Shown: positions 19,761 to 29,210 of the stretch, piece after piece | Position numbering within the stretch: position 1 is the first letter of the stretch | How the letters are laid out: each line of letters starts with the position of its first letter | NCBI GenBank assembly: GCA_003558085.1 | Contig: PWMT01000058.1 | Location: forward strand, 1-43,064 | DNA length: 43,064 nucleotides | Direction: 5' to 3' | From: Methanobacteriaceae archaeon | GTDB lineage: Archaea > Methanobacteriota > Methanobacteria > Methanobacteriales > Methanobacteriaceae | Made by a program: the position numbers and the translations under genes | Notes under the pieces: generated by a model | What the model was told of the DNA's origin: nothing | Databases searched by the model: none | Seen by the model: only the letters and a program-made list of their open reading frames with translations

Positions 19761-20582
19761 ATTTGTAATATCTATTTTTTCTGATTTTTGGAGATAATGA
19801 TTAAATATATTATTTCCCAAAACCATAGCTTCTTGATCATGAGTTAAAACTAATTTGGAAGGATCATATTCCCCATTCAATAAAAATAATCCTAAAATAA
19901 TGAAATTCTTAGAAAACATCAACGCAAATTCCAGTGAAGAATGAAACTTCCATAATCTCAGTAATCCCTTATGTATATAATTTTTAAGCTCATTTTTTCC
20001 TAACTGTTTTAACAGGACCTGATATATTTCTGGGGTCACTATCATTTCTACGTTACAATCGTTTTTTAATAAAAATTTGATTGCATCTAAATGTCTAGGG
20101 AAAAATATGGGTAGAATTGCTTTAAACTTATCTGAATTAGATATCATTTCTAAATAAGTGGTGAAAGGATTTCCAATGTTTGCTTTGGTAGATTCAATAA
20201 GCTGCGCATCATGGAAAACTTCAATATTCTGTAAAAGTTGATGTGGTAATTCCTTGATTTGATGGGTTTGCCAGAAATCATGACAAGAATTAATGGTATT
20301 CAATTGTTTAAGGAAATCTATTATTTTTAAGGAAAGAATAGTCCCTTTAGAAGTTAAAAAATAATATTCACCATTTTTTTCGATTAAATTTTTTTCGATT
20401 AATTGGTTTATTCCATGCAAAATCGTTGAAGAAGTAATCTGTGTTAGATATCTAATATTTTCCAGTTTCAAGGAGTTATCCTGGAGACTGATCATTATTT
20501 TGGTTCTAACTTTAGAAGCCAATAAAAATTTCACATCAGGGTAATCTTGTTCTAAATAACTTTTATGCCTATCTAATGCCAA
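19755..20582 (-). CDS. Winged-helix/DUF1724 transcriptional regulator (paralog 2)
   Basis: N-terminal wHTH (SKVRTKIM..YFLTSKG), FWQTHQIKELP, LGLFLLNGEYD; RBS AGGTGA favours TTG at 20582. Confidence 0.82.
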   Translation of the reverse strand: MALDRHKSYLEQDYPDVKFLLASKVRTKIMISLQDNSLKLENIRYLTQITSSTILHGINQLIEKNLIEKNGEYYFLTSKGTILSLKIIDFLKQLNTINSCHDFWQTHQIKELPHQLLQNIEVFHDAQLIESTKANIGNPFTTYLEMISNSDKFKAILPIFFPRHLDAIKFLLKNDCNVEMIVTPEIYQVLLKQLGKNELKNYIHKGLLRLWKFHSSLEFALMFSKNFIILGLFLLNGEYDPSKLVLTHDQEAMVLGNNIFNHYLQKSEKIDITNL

Positions 20583-20594
20583 TAAAATCACCTT

Positions 20595-20734
20595 ATCATA
20601 TCATTTTAGCCAACTTTTTTTTTAGACTAAGATTTAATCACCATATCATATCATTTTAGCCAACTTTTTTTTTAGACTAAGATTTAATCACCATATCATA
20701 TCATTTTAGCCAACTTTTTTGGACCAAGATTTAA
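20595..20734. repeat. 50-bp tandem repeat (2 perfect copies + diverged copy in gene end)
   Basis: ATCATATCATTTTAGCCAACTTTTTTTTTAGACTAAGATTTAATCACCAT at 20595 and 20645; a third, diverged copy from 20695 is the 3' end of the upstream regulator gene. Confidence 0.9.
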
Positions 20735-21538
20735 TGATTTTTGATAATAGTAATCGAATAATGATTCTGCCCATTGGATTGCGTTTTTATCCATGCTTAC
20801 CAAATCCCTATTTTGATCATAACTTCCATCATGGTTAAAAAGACCTAAAGACATGAATTTATCAGTTACCGTGAAGACAACCTTTATTTCTCCCTCATAT
20901 AATCTGATTTCCAGATTTTTGTTGCTAATCCCCTCAGATAGAAAATTGAAATCTGAAGATTTAAGCACTTGCTTTACTATTTCTTTAGTTAAAATGAGAA
21001 TTGTGGGAGTATTGCTCTTGATCTTGGCTCCAAAAACTTCCAGCAAATCAGGATGTGAAATGGGTGAAACGGTTCTCACTTCCTTAGATCGTATTAAAAG
21101 CTCTAAAAAATTATTATGAATCTTATAAATATCTAAATGGTTGGCTTTAACCAATTTAGAATCTTCTAATAACCCAAAATTTCCTATAAGATCATCAGGA
21201 ATACCACTAATATCATGATTGAGCCATAATTCTTCAAATTTATTAGTTACTGAAATTAGCTTGAAAAAATCTAAGAGTGAATATAAGTTCAAATAACCCA
21301 AGGAAGATATAAAATATTTACCCCGCCTTTTAATCACCAAATTTTCAGCTAAAAGTAGTTTCATGTTAATGGAAATTGAAGCAAATGTTAAATTATGTTC
21401 TTCTTTTATCTCTTTCATTGACTTAGGATGCTGACTGATGCTAGTTAAAATATTTAAACGGATTTTAGAATTCACCATAAATTTTAACTTATCATGCGCC
21501 AGATCATTAAATTTTAAAATATTTTCTACTGAAAGCAA
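20696..21538 (-). CDS. Winged-helix/DUF1724 transcriptional regulator (paralog 1)
   Basis: SKIRLNIL wHTH, WLNHDISGIP, TVTDKFMSLGLFNHDGSYD..WAESLFDYY; start probably TTG 21538. Confidence 0.85.
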   Translation of the reverse strand: MLSVENILKFNDLAHDKLKFMVNSKIRLNILTSISQHPKSMKEIKEEHNLTFASISINMKLLLAENLVIKRRGKYFISSLGYLNLYSLLDFFKLISVTNKFEELWLNHDISGIPDDLIGNFGLLEDSKLVKANHLDIYKIHNNFLELLIRSKEVRTVSPISHPDLLEVFGAKIKSNTPTILILTKEIVKQVLKSSDFNFLSEGISNKNLEIRLYEGEIKVVFTVTDKFMSLGLFNHDGSYDQNRDLVSMDKNAIQWAESLFDYYYQKSLNLGPKKLAKMI

Positions 21539-21629
21539 AAAAGACACCCCCTTTTTGCATAAATCTATCCATAAACTTACTAAAAATTAATATAATTAAA
21601 GTCATAATTAATATAATTAACGAGGTGAT

Positions 21630-22388
21630 ATGGTGATTGATGCACATATTCATGCCGACACACGGCCATATGAAGACTTTGAAAAAATGGTTATAGCAGG
21701 GATAGACACCGCCATAAGCTGTACTCATGACCCACTTAGAATGAGCAGTTCAGATGTAGTTTTGGATCATTTTTATCGTTTAATGAATAATGAAATTAAA
21801 AGAGCAGACGAAAATGGGTTGAAACTATATATAGCCCTAGGAATCCATCCCCGCAGTATTTCACCAGATTATGAAAAAGTACTACACAAGTTACCCCGCC
21901 TTATAAAAGAAGATTCAGTTGTAGCGCTAGGTGAAATTGGTTTGGAAACAGTTTCCTCGGAGGAAATTGATATATTTAAAAAGCAATTAGAATTAGCAGA
22001 GGATATAAAAGCAAAGGTTATCGTTCACACTCCTCGAACCAATAAAATAGAAGTTTCAGCAAAGACCATCTCCATCATCCATGAATATATAGATCCTAAA
22101 AGAGTCCTGATAGATCATGTTGATTTTACTATTGTAGAGGACATCCTTGATGATGATTTCATGCTGGGCTTGACTGTGCAGCCTAAAAAAATGACTCCGG
22201 AGGAAGCTATGAATATGCTAGATCAGTATGGATTCCAAAAATTTATGTTAAATAGTGATATGAGTTCTTCACCTTCAGATCCTTTAGCAGTAGCTAAAAC
22301 CGTTCATTTATTACGAATGAATGATTATAAAGAAAGTTCAATTAAGGCCGTTTCCCAGGAAAATGCCGCTGTATTTTTCTCGATTTAA
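21630..22388 (+). CDS. TatD-family metal-dependent hydrolase
   Basis: IDAHIH, LGIHP, GEIGLE, IVHTP, IDH, NSD motifs. Confidence 0.9.
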   Translation: MVIDAHIHADTRPYEDFEKMVIAGIDTAISCTHDPLRMSSSDVVLDHFYRLMNNEIKRADENGLKLYIALGIHPRSISPDYEKVLHKLPRLIKEDSVVALGEIGLETVSSEEIDIFKKQLELAEDIKAKVIVHTPRTNKIEVSAKTISIIHEYIDPKRVLIDHVDFTIVEDILDDDFMLGLTVQPKKMTPEEAMNMLDQYGFQKFMLNSDMSSSPSDPLAVAKTVHLLRMNDYKESSIKAVSQENAAVFFSI

Positions 22389-22409
22389 TACTTTTTTATT
22401 AGAAAACTT

Positions 22410-23258
22410 CTAAGCTATAGCTCCTAAGAACTTAACACAAGAACTAGCAACTTGATTTGCAAATTCTAAACTTTCTTTACTATCTTCATCCTGCAAGTAT
22501 TTAAATATAAATCCTGCAGCAAAAGCATCTCCGGCGCCAGTTGAATCTAAAGCTTTTATTTTCTCAGTGGGAGCTATTATTATATTATCTTTTGTATAAA
22601 GTTTAGCCCCCGCATTTCCTAGTGTTACAATCACCTTAGATGCTCCTTCATCTAAAAGTAATTGAGATCCTTCATCTAAACTATAATTGGTTAATATATT
22701 AACTTCTCGCTGGTTTAGAAACAAGAATTCTGATTTTTTAATCACTTTTTTTAATTTATCTATTCCATAAGAAGAAAGTAGAGGTCCTGGTGAGAAAGAT
22801 AATTTAGAAGCATGTTTAGCTACTTCCCATGCAATTTCCCAGTACACTCCAGCTAAATGAATTAATTTTGCAGACTTAATATAATCAATTTCTTCTTTTT
22901 TTAAGTTTAATTTAGCGTTTGCTCCAGGGAAAGAATAAATAGATCTTTTACCATAGTCGTCCACACTTATAAATGCCATTCCTGTTTTTGCATTGATGTT
23001 GATGCAATGGGTTGTGTCTACACCTATTTGGTTTAATTTATCTAAAATTAATTTTCCATAACCATCATTTCCCAGACGAGTTAAAAGACCGGTCCGAATG
23101 CCCAGACGAGTTAGATTTACGGCAAAATTAAGTGCTGAACCACCAGGTAAAGTGTTAATTTTTTCAATAAACATTTCACTATCTTCTTTAACAAAAGCAG
23201 GCGCCTTCAAAATAAAATCCATATTGGAGGCTCCAATGCTAACCACCAGATTTGACAA
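22410..23258 (-). CDS. PfkB-family carbohydrate/nucleoside kinase
   Basis: PGGSALN, LNQRE, VTLGNAGA, DSTGAGDAFAAGF; start probably TTG 23258. Confidence 0.92.
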   Translation of the reverse strand: MSNLVVSIGASNMDFILKAPAFVKEDSEMFIEKINTLPGGSALNFAVNLTRLGIRTGLLTRLGNDGYGKLILDKLNQIGVDTTHCININAKTGMAFISVDDYGKRSIYSFPGANAKLNLKKEEIDYIKSAKLIHLAGVYWEIAWEVAKHASKLSFSPGPLLSSYGIDKLKKVIKKSEFLFLNQREVNILTNYSLDEGSQLLLDEGASKVIVTLGNAGAKLYTKDNIIIAPTEKIKALDSTGAGDAFAAGFIFKYLQDEDSKESLEFANQVASSCVKFLGAIA

Positions 23259-23307
23259 GAGCTTCACCTTGGTCTAGATGCTAATAAAAATAGGGGAATA
23301 AAAAAAA

Positions 23308-24087
23308 TTATCTACGGCCCATTAAACCATCGATAAGCTGGGATATGACTCCTTTTTTATCAGGTTCAATCGGAATATAATCTTCACCAAGCAAGTCTGC
23401 TGCAAGTTTCATTATAGCATTGGTAACTGGAGATTTCGGATTTTGAATAACAATTGGTTCTCCAAATGCTGATGCACGACTGACTTCTGGATCATCAGGT
23501 ATTATGCTGATTACTGGTATTTCTAGTATCGTTTCAATTTCATCAACTGTTAAAAAAGTTTTATCATGTTGTTCCCGATTAATAACTACTCCGATTATAT
23601 TTACTCCTAATTTGGAGGCTATTATTTTGGTTTTTAAAACATCGCTAATAGTGGGAACTTCTGGTGTAGTTACCAGTATAAGTTCATCAGAAGCAGCAAG
23701 AGCAGCTAAAGCATCTTTTTCTAAGCCTGGTGGTGAATCTATTAACAAAATATCTGTATCTTCAATTAAATGTGATAATGTTTCTTCTAAACGTTCTAAT
23801 TTTACATTTCTTAAACCTTCCAGTGAAATACCAGCTGGAACAACTCTCAATCCATTGGGACCTTCATAAATAGCATCCTCAATAGATGCTTCCCCAGATA
23901 GTACTTCGTGAAGTGTAACGGATTTACCTTCCATGCCTAAGATTAGTTCTAGGTTAGCCATAGCAATATCTGCATCCAATACAATGGTTCTTTCACCAAA
24001 ATGAGATAAAGCAACCCCTAAATTAGCAGTGATAGTTGTTTTGCCTACCCCTCCTTTTCCGGAAGCAATGGTAATAACTCGAGTCAA
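23308..24087 (-). CDS. minD: Cell-division ATPase MinD (archaeal)
   Basis: Deviant Walker A SGKGGVGKTT, DADIAMANL, IDSPPG, C-terminal amphipathic helix KKGVISQLIDGLMGRR. Confidence 0.92.
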   Translation of the reverse strand: MTRVITIASGKGGVGKTTITANLGVALSHFGERTIVLDADIAMANLELILGMEGKSVTLHEVLSGEASIEDAIYEGPNGLRVVPAGISLEGLRNVKLERLEETLSHLIEDTDILLIDSPPGLEKDALAALAASDELILVTTPEVPTISDVLKTKIIASKLGVNIIGVVINREQHDKTFLTVDEIETILEIPVISIIPDDPEVSRASAFGEPIVIQNPKSPVTNAIMKLAADLLGEDYIPIEPDKKGVISQLIDGLMGRR

Positions 24088-24172
24088 TCCTACACCTCCT
24101 AAATAATTTTAATATATATTCCTGTGTAATCAATAATTCCTGCTAATCTTATTTAAATTATGATCATAATAA

Positions 24173-25471
24173 TTATGCAATATCAATGTTTATTTCAAAA
24201 TTATCCACGATTTCAGGATAATCTCTAAAAGTTTTTCGAATTTCCATTTTTGCAATCTCCAGGATATGGTATTTTAAAGTTTTCATATCCTTAGAAGTGC
24301 CAGTAATTTTAGAAAAAAAACTTTTGGATTCATATTCACAGACGATATTTATTTGTCCTTTCAATTCTAGAGAATACTCTAAAAAAACCATGACTTCTGC
24401 TTTTCCAATTTTAGGAATACCTATAATTGATCTTTTAATTTTATTCATTAAGGTTATCTCTATTTTTTCAAGATTCTCTATTTCTATTTTACCGCCTTTA
24501 TATGTTTCCAAGACTTTTTCCACTTCTTCATCTTCAATATCCTTTAAACCATATTTTTGCATAATTTCCGAACGATTCAAATCTTTGGATGATTGTGGTT
24601 TATCTGAAACTAAATCATCTTCAGTAACTTTGGATCCCCCTACCAAAGTATCTTCAATGGATACATCATCCTCAGCTGAAGTTTTTAGTTCATTTTTACT
24701 ATAAGAGGGCTCTTCTAATTCATTTTCTTCCTGTCTTTCTGTTTCGGTTGCATATGCATCATAAAATGTTTTAAAATGCTGAGTTTCACTTTCAGAATTA
24801 TTTTTAGACTCAACCTCATCAGAATCTAAACCACCCTCAACCTCATCAGAATCTAAAGCACTCTCAAAATCTGCAGAAATAGCATCAGATCCGTCTTCAT
24901 CAACATCTAAACTTTTATTATCTACTTTATCATTCACCTGGGGAGTTTCATCTTTATATAAATCTTCTTTTGATGGTGAATCATTAGTTTCAGAATCTTT
25001 TATAGGAACTTTAATTTGATTATTATCCTTTTCTGTTTTAATTTCTAAACCAGAATCATCTTCAACCAGTTCTTTTTCATAATCATCCTTTTCTGTTTTA
25101 GAGGTTTTAATTTCTAAACCAGAATCATCTTCAACCAGTTCTTTTATCGGGGAAATAGGATCAAATTTATAGATTTTGTTAACACCCAACAAATAATCCA
25201 TTTGCGAAATTTTTAAATCAAAAACTTCTACTAGGGTATTATTATTTTTCAAGGACTTCATGGTATGTTCTAGTGCTTCTTTTTTTAAATAATCTTGGAA
25301 GGATGCTGCTACTAGTAAACCATCTTTAAAAAGGATATAACCCTCTTTAGAACCTTCGGTAATCCTAATAAATCCATTGTATTTTTTATCATATAGTTTT
25401 TGGAATAATTTTTCAAAATCAATCTCATCAGCATAGGAAAATTGAGATGGTTTGGTAATGGGTAATTCCAT
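24173..25471 (-). CDS. DUF2226 domain protein with acidic linker and C-terminal alpha/beta domain
   Basis: N-terminal MELP..YNGFIRIT..EGYILFKDG; family motif RSEIMQKYGLKD...EEVEKVL; long D/E-rich linker. Confidence 0.78.
   Translation of the reverse strand: MELPITKPSQFSYADEIDFEKLFQKLYDKKYNGFIRITEGSKEGYILFKDGLLVAASFQDYLKKEALEHTMKSLKNNNTLVEVFDLKISQMDYLLGVNKIYKFDPISPIKELVEDDSGLEIKTSKTEKDDYEKELVEDDSGLEIKTEKDNNQIKVPIKDSETNDSPSKEDLYKDETPQVNDKVDNKSLDVDEDGSDAISADFESALDSDEVEGGLDSDEVESKNNSESETQHFKTFYDAYATETERQEENELEEPSYSKNELKTSAEDDVSIEDTLVGGSKVTEDDLVSDKPQSSKDLNRSEIMQKYGLKDIEDEEVEKVLETYKGGKIEIENLEKIEITLMNKIKRSIIGIPKIGKAEVMVFLEYSLELKGQINIVCEYESKSFFSKITGTSKDMKTLKYHILEIAKMEIRKTFRDYPEIVDNFEINIDIA
24809..24857. 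repeat. In-frame 27-bp-period duplication in DUF2226 linker
   Basis: CTCAACCTCATCAGAATCTAAA twice (LDSDEVE x2). Confidence 0.85.
25035..25145. repeat. In-frame 69-bp-period duplication in DUF2226 linker
   Basis: 42-bp identical copies at 25035 and 25104 (KELVEDDSGLEIKT x2). Confidence 0.88.
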
Positions 25472-25511
25472 ATATTTTCCTCAGATTCCTTACTACTTTA
25501 AGTCCCGGTAA

Positions 25512-25871
25512 TTATTCTTTTCTAATCAATTTAATTTCTGGAGGAGTTATAATAATAATATTTTTGCCATTCTTACAAAGTAAAATTGCTTCTACCCCTT
25601 TATCTGCCCGAAGATTCTTGAGCTTTTCCCCTGTATCTTTAAAATCTTCAGGGCTTTCTTTTTCCATGGCACTCATGTCTAGAATAATTGGATTCTTTTC
25701 TTCCAGTAACTGATCGATAGCATAATCAATATCATCAATATTCTGTGCCTTCATCAATATAATTTCGTAAAAAGAGTGTTCAGGAACAATAATATTATCT
25801 TGTTCGCTTTTTTCTTCTTTTTCTTCCTCTAAGCCCAGGTTTTTTTTGACAAAATCCATTACGTCCTTCAT
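25512..25871 (-). CDS. sepF: Cell-division protein SepF (FtsZ membrane anchor)
   Basis: N-terminal amphipathic MDFVKKNLG; core [36 protein letters not shown] matches Methanobacteriales SepF as I recall it. Confidence 0.88.
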   Translation of the reverse strand: MKDVMDFVKKNLGLEEEKEEKSEQDNIIVPEHSFYEIILMKAQNIDDIDYAIDQLLEEKNPIILDMSAMEKESPEDFKDTGEKLKNLRADKGVEAILLCKNGKNIIIITPPEIKLIRKE

Positions 25872-26926
25872 TTCTGAATCTCCCCTACTTTATTCATAAT
25901 CACATCGATTAATCTTGAACAACCCCCATTTTTAACATCAACAGTAGGAAGGCCATATTTTGATTCAAATTTATTTAGAATATTATCTTCATTAGTATTT
26001 CTTAAGTTTAAAGAAATGCCCACAACTTTAGTTGGTTCAAGAGATTCTATAGCCTTGATTTCTTCATTAATTCCTCTTGGATTACGGAAAGGATGATTAG
26101 GACGATGACATAGAATCGTAGCATCAGGCATACAACCTATTAAAATAGCTGCAGCTAATCCTCTAGGATGAGGATTGCCCATTTCTGTTAAACTCGACTG
26201 GCTTTCCACAAATATAATATCTTTTTCTTTCTCTTCTTCTAAATATTTTATGGAACCCATAATAGATGAAGTAACATCCATTACCGATAAACTGCCTGCC
26301 CTAAAATTTAAATCAACAGGTTTTTCCAACCCCATTTCATCGGTAGATATAACTCCTGCCTCTAATCCTCTTTTTTTAGCTTCTTTGCCTAATAAACGTG
26401 TGGTGGTTCTTTTTCCACATTCTTGTGAAGTGCCTCCAATGTAGATAACAGGAGATTTAGGTTGATAATTTATTTTAGGCAAAATTTCCGTGCATTTAGA
26501 AGGTGCTATGCCAAAAATATTTTTGATTACATCTAAACGAGGGCTTATCTCCATAATAGTAACGTTTTTTTGTCGTGAAAATTGTAATAGGGAAGTATTT
26601 TCTGCTATTGGAAGTGATCTAAAGGAGGTAATTACATTTTTACCCATGTTTATGGCCTCCACCGCATATTTCAATGCAGAGCCTTCAGCACCTATGGGAA
26701 GCATGATAGCCACGCTATTAGCTGAGGTCTCAGCTAATAAATCTGGTAAATTAGAAGACACAGAACAACCACAAAAGATTTTTCCATGCTTTTTAGGGTC
26801 ATCATCAATAAAACCTACAGTTTTTACTCCCTCGAAGTTAGCAAATTTTTCTCCGCCGCCACCGCAACCAATGACAATAAATGGATTAAGTTTTTGAAGT
26901 TCTTCTATAGAAGATACTAGTAGCAA
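25868..26926 (-). CDS. DUF1611 (DgcN-like) protein: Rossmann-like N domain + P-loop domain
   Basis: [55 protein letters not shown] overlap with sepF. Confidence 0.82.
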   Translation of the reverse strand: MLLVSSIEELQKLNPFIVIGCGGGGEKFANFEGVKTVGFIDDDPKKHGKIFCGCSVSSNLPDLLAETSANSVAIMLPIGAEGSALKYAVEAINMGKNVITSFRSLPIAENTSLLQFSRQKNVTIMEISPRLDVIKNIFGIAPSKCTEILPKINYQPKSPVIYIGGTSQECGKRTTTRLLGKEAKKRGLEAGVISTDEMGLEKPVDLNFRAGSLSVMDVTSSIMGSIKYLEEEKEKDIIFVESQSSLTEMGNPHPRGLAAAILIGCMPDATILCHRPNHPFRNPRGINEEIKAIESLEPTKVVGISLNLRNTNEDNILNKFESKYGLPTVDVKNGGCSRLIDVIMNKVGEIQK

Positions 26927-27049
26927 AGAACCACTCCTTCTTTAGTATTTGTTGAGATTAAATAGAAACTTTAATTACTTATTTATTTAATAAATGATTA
27001 AAGCATATATACTTTAGGTAATTAATCTATTTGTTGAGGGAGGCAGATT

Positions 27050-27397
27050 ATGATTGAAAGAATACTTAAAGATTTGGCTAGAATAAACGGAGTGAACGGA
27101 TCCTTGGTAGTAGGAAAAGATGGCTTGATTATTGAAAGTGAAGTACCAACCGATATTGATTCTGAGCTTGTGGCAGCGATGTCATCTGCTGTTTTTGGTA
27201 CTGCTGAAAGATCAGCTGAGGAAATGAAACATGAACCTCTACAACAAGTGATGATAGAAGGAGACAGGGGAAAAACACTAATGATTGATGCTGGTGAGGG
27301 AATTCTAGTGGTGATAGCTGAAATAGAGATAAATCTTGGTCTTATTCGTATAGAGATGAGAAGAAGTTCTGAAAGAGTAAAAGATTTATTAGCTTAA
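27050..27397 (+). CDS. Roadblock/LC7 (MglB-like) protein
   Basis: [40 protein letters not shown] is the classic roadblock pattern. Confidence 0.92.
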   Translation: MIERILKDLARINGVNGSLVVGKDGLIIESEVPTDIDSELVAAMSSAVFGTAERSAEEMKHEPLQQVMIEGDRGKTLMIDAGEGILVVIAEIEINLGLIRIEMRRSSERVKDLLA

Positions 27398-27444
27398 ATC
27401 AATATACAAGCAAGGAAGGATTAGAAATCTAAGGGGAGTATGAT

Positions 27445-28425
27445 TTGAAAAAGCCCTATGTTATACTTGTGGGTAGTGCTTCAGGTATTGGAAAATCTAC
27501 TATTGCATCTGAATTAGCAAAAGAATTAAATATTAAACACTTGATGGAAACCGATTTCATCCGAGAGGTTGTAAGGGGAATAATAGGGCCAGAATATGCT
27601 CCTGCATTACATAAATCATCTTATGATGCTTATACTACCATTAGAAGAAAATATAGGTTTGAGGATAATAGTGAAAATATAATTAGTGAGGGCTTTGAAG
27701 AACATGCCTCTTTTGTAATTCCTGCTATTGAAACCGTGATTAACCGGGCAGTGGATGATTTTGAAGATGTAGTTATTGAAGGAGTACATTTAGTACCCGG
27801 CTTTATAAATACTAAAAAGTTTAAAAAGAATGCTTCCATTCATTTTTTTGTTTTAACTGCAGATGAAGACCTGCACAAAGAGAGATTTGTAAAACGAGCC
27901 ATGGAGGTCAAACGTGGCGGAAAACATCTAGAATACTTTAAAGAAAATAGAACAATAAATAATCATCTAGTCAATCGTGCTGAGGCCACCAACGTACCGG
28001 TAATAAATAATACTGATATTGAATGTACGGTACGCAGAATGCTATCGATCATAAAAGAAAATTGTAAAGTCCTATTTTTCAAACATTCGGTTGATGATTT
28101 AGAAGAAGTGATTAACATTATTATTAGAAAATACAGTGGCCGTATTGTAGATGTTTCTTATTTTTTACCTGGTTTTTCCGAACCCTTGCGTAGAAAGGTT
28201 AATGTATACGATCCCAAAGACTCTCAAAGATTTATTGATATGCTGCATAAGAACCCTGAACGGAAACAAGATCTGGAACGATTATATAATCTTACTGAGA
28301 ATATACACAGTCACAAAATTTGTGTTCCTGATAAAGAAACTCTAGAAAAAATGAAGAAAGAGTTAAAAGAAAAGGGTTTCCTCTATGAAGGCGACGTGGA
28401 AGATTTAAGAAAAAAAGTTAAATAA
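27445..28425 (+). CDS. 2-phosphoglycerate-kinase-like P-loop kinase fused to C-terminal 3H domain
   Basis: [33 protein letters not shown]-terminal KH...[13 protein letters not shown] of the 3H domain. Confidence 0.8.
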   Translation: MKKPYVILVGSASGIGKSTIASELAKELNIKHLMETDFIREVVRGIIGPEYAPALHKSSYDAYTTIRRKYRFEDNSENIISEGFEEHASFVIPAIETVINRAVDDFEDVVIEGVHLVPGFINTKKFKKNASIHFFVLTADEDLHKERFVKRAMEVKRGGKHLEYFKENRTINNHLVNRAEATNVPVINNTDIECTVRRMLSIIKENCKVLFFKHSVDDLEEVINIIIRKYSGRIVDVSYFLPGFSEPLRRKVNVYDPKDSQRFIDMLHKNPERKQDLERLYNLTENIHSHKICVPDKETLEKMKKELKEKGFLYEGDVEDLRKKVK

Positions 28426-28484
28426 ATGATTTCCCTGAGGGAAAAACAATTTAATTAACAATCATATATTTGATTTTAATTAGT

Positions 28485-28540
28485 TTTTAAGTGGATAAAA
28501 TATTTTAGTTAATTTTAAGTGGATAAAATATCTTAGTTAA
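28485..28540. repeat. 28-bp tandem repeat upstream of ZPR1 gene
   Basis: TTTTAAGTGGATAAAATAT(T/C)TTAGTTAA x2 with one mismatch. Confidence 0.85.
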
Positions 28541-28599
28541 GATAAGCAATGTCTGATTAGAATATATAATTATATATTTTTTTAAAGGAGATATGAATA

Positions 28600-29178
28600 T
28601 TGAATAAAATGAAAATGGATTGTCCCATCTGTCAGGAACAGAATTGTATGGAATATATAACCCGTAGTGAAGAAATACCCTATTTTGGAGAGATTTTGGA
28701 AACAATTTTATTATGCAGTTCCTGCGGTTACCGGCACTCTGATGTTATCTGCCTGGATCAGAAAGAGCCAGTAAAATACACTATTACAATTGATTCTAAT
28801 AAATTAGATGCTAGGGTGGTTAAATCTCAATCGGCAACCTTAAGCATTCCTGAACTAGGACTGAAAGTTGAACCTGGACCTAAATCGATTGGATATGTTT
28901 CTAATGTGGAAGGTGTCCTGGAAAGATTTGAAAATGCAGTGAAATCTGCCTTAAAAATGTTTGAAGAAGATCAGGCCCAGGAAAATGCTAAAATGATTTT
29001 AAAAGAAATAGAAAAAATTCGACTGGGAGATAGAAAAGTTTACTTAATCTTAGAAGACCCTCTGGGACATAGTGTTATTAATCACCATACAGTGGCAAAA
29101 AGAAGACTTAAAAGTGAAGAAATTGAGCAATTGAAAACTGGGTATACCACCTTATCTCCAGAGGAAATTGATTATTAA
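28600..29178 (+). CDS. ZPR1 zinc-finger protein
   Basis: [38 protein letters not shown]. Confidence 0.92.
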   Translation: MNKMKMDCPICQEQNCMEYITRSEEIPYFGEILETILLCSSCGYRHSDVICLDQKEPVKYTITIDSNKLDARVVKSQSATLSIPELGLKVEPGPKSIGYVSNVEGVLERFENAVKSALKMFEEDQAQENAKMILKEIEKIRLGDRKVYLILEDPLGHSVINHHTVAKRRLKSEEIEQLKTGYTTLSPEEIDY

Positions 29179-29210
29179 TAATAAATTAGTAAATGTTTAT
29201 TAAATTAAAA

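Noticed and set aside
20595-20734. Possible CRISPR repeats
   Set aside because: Head-to-tail units with no spacers, derived from the adjacent gene end.
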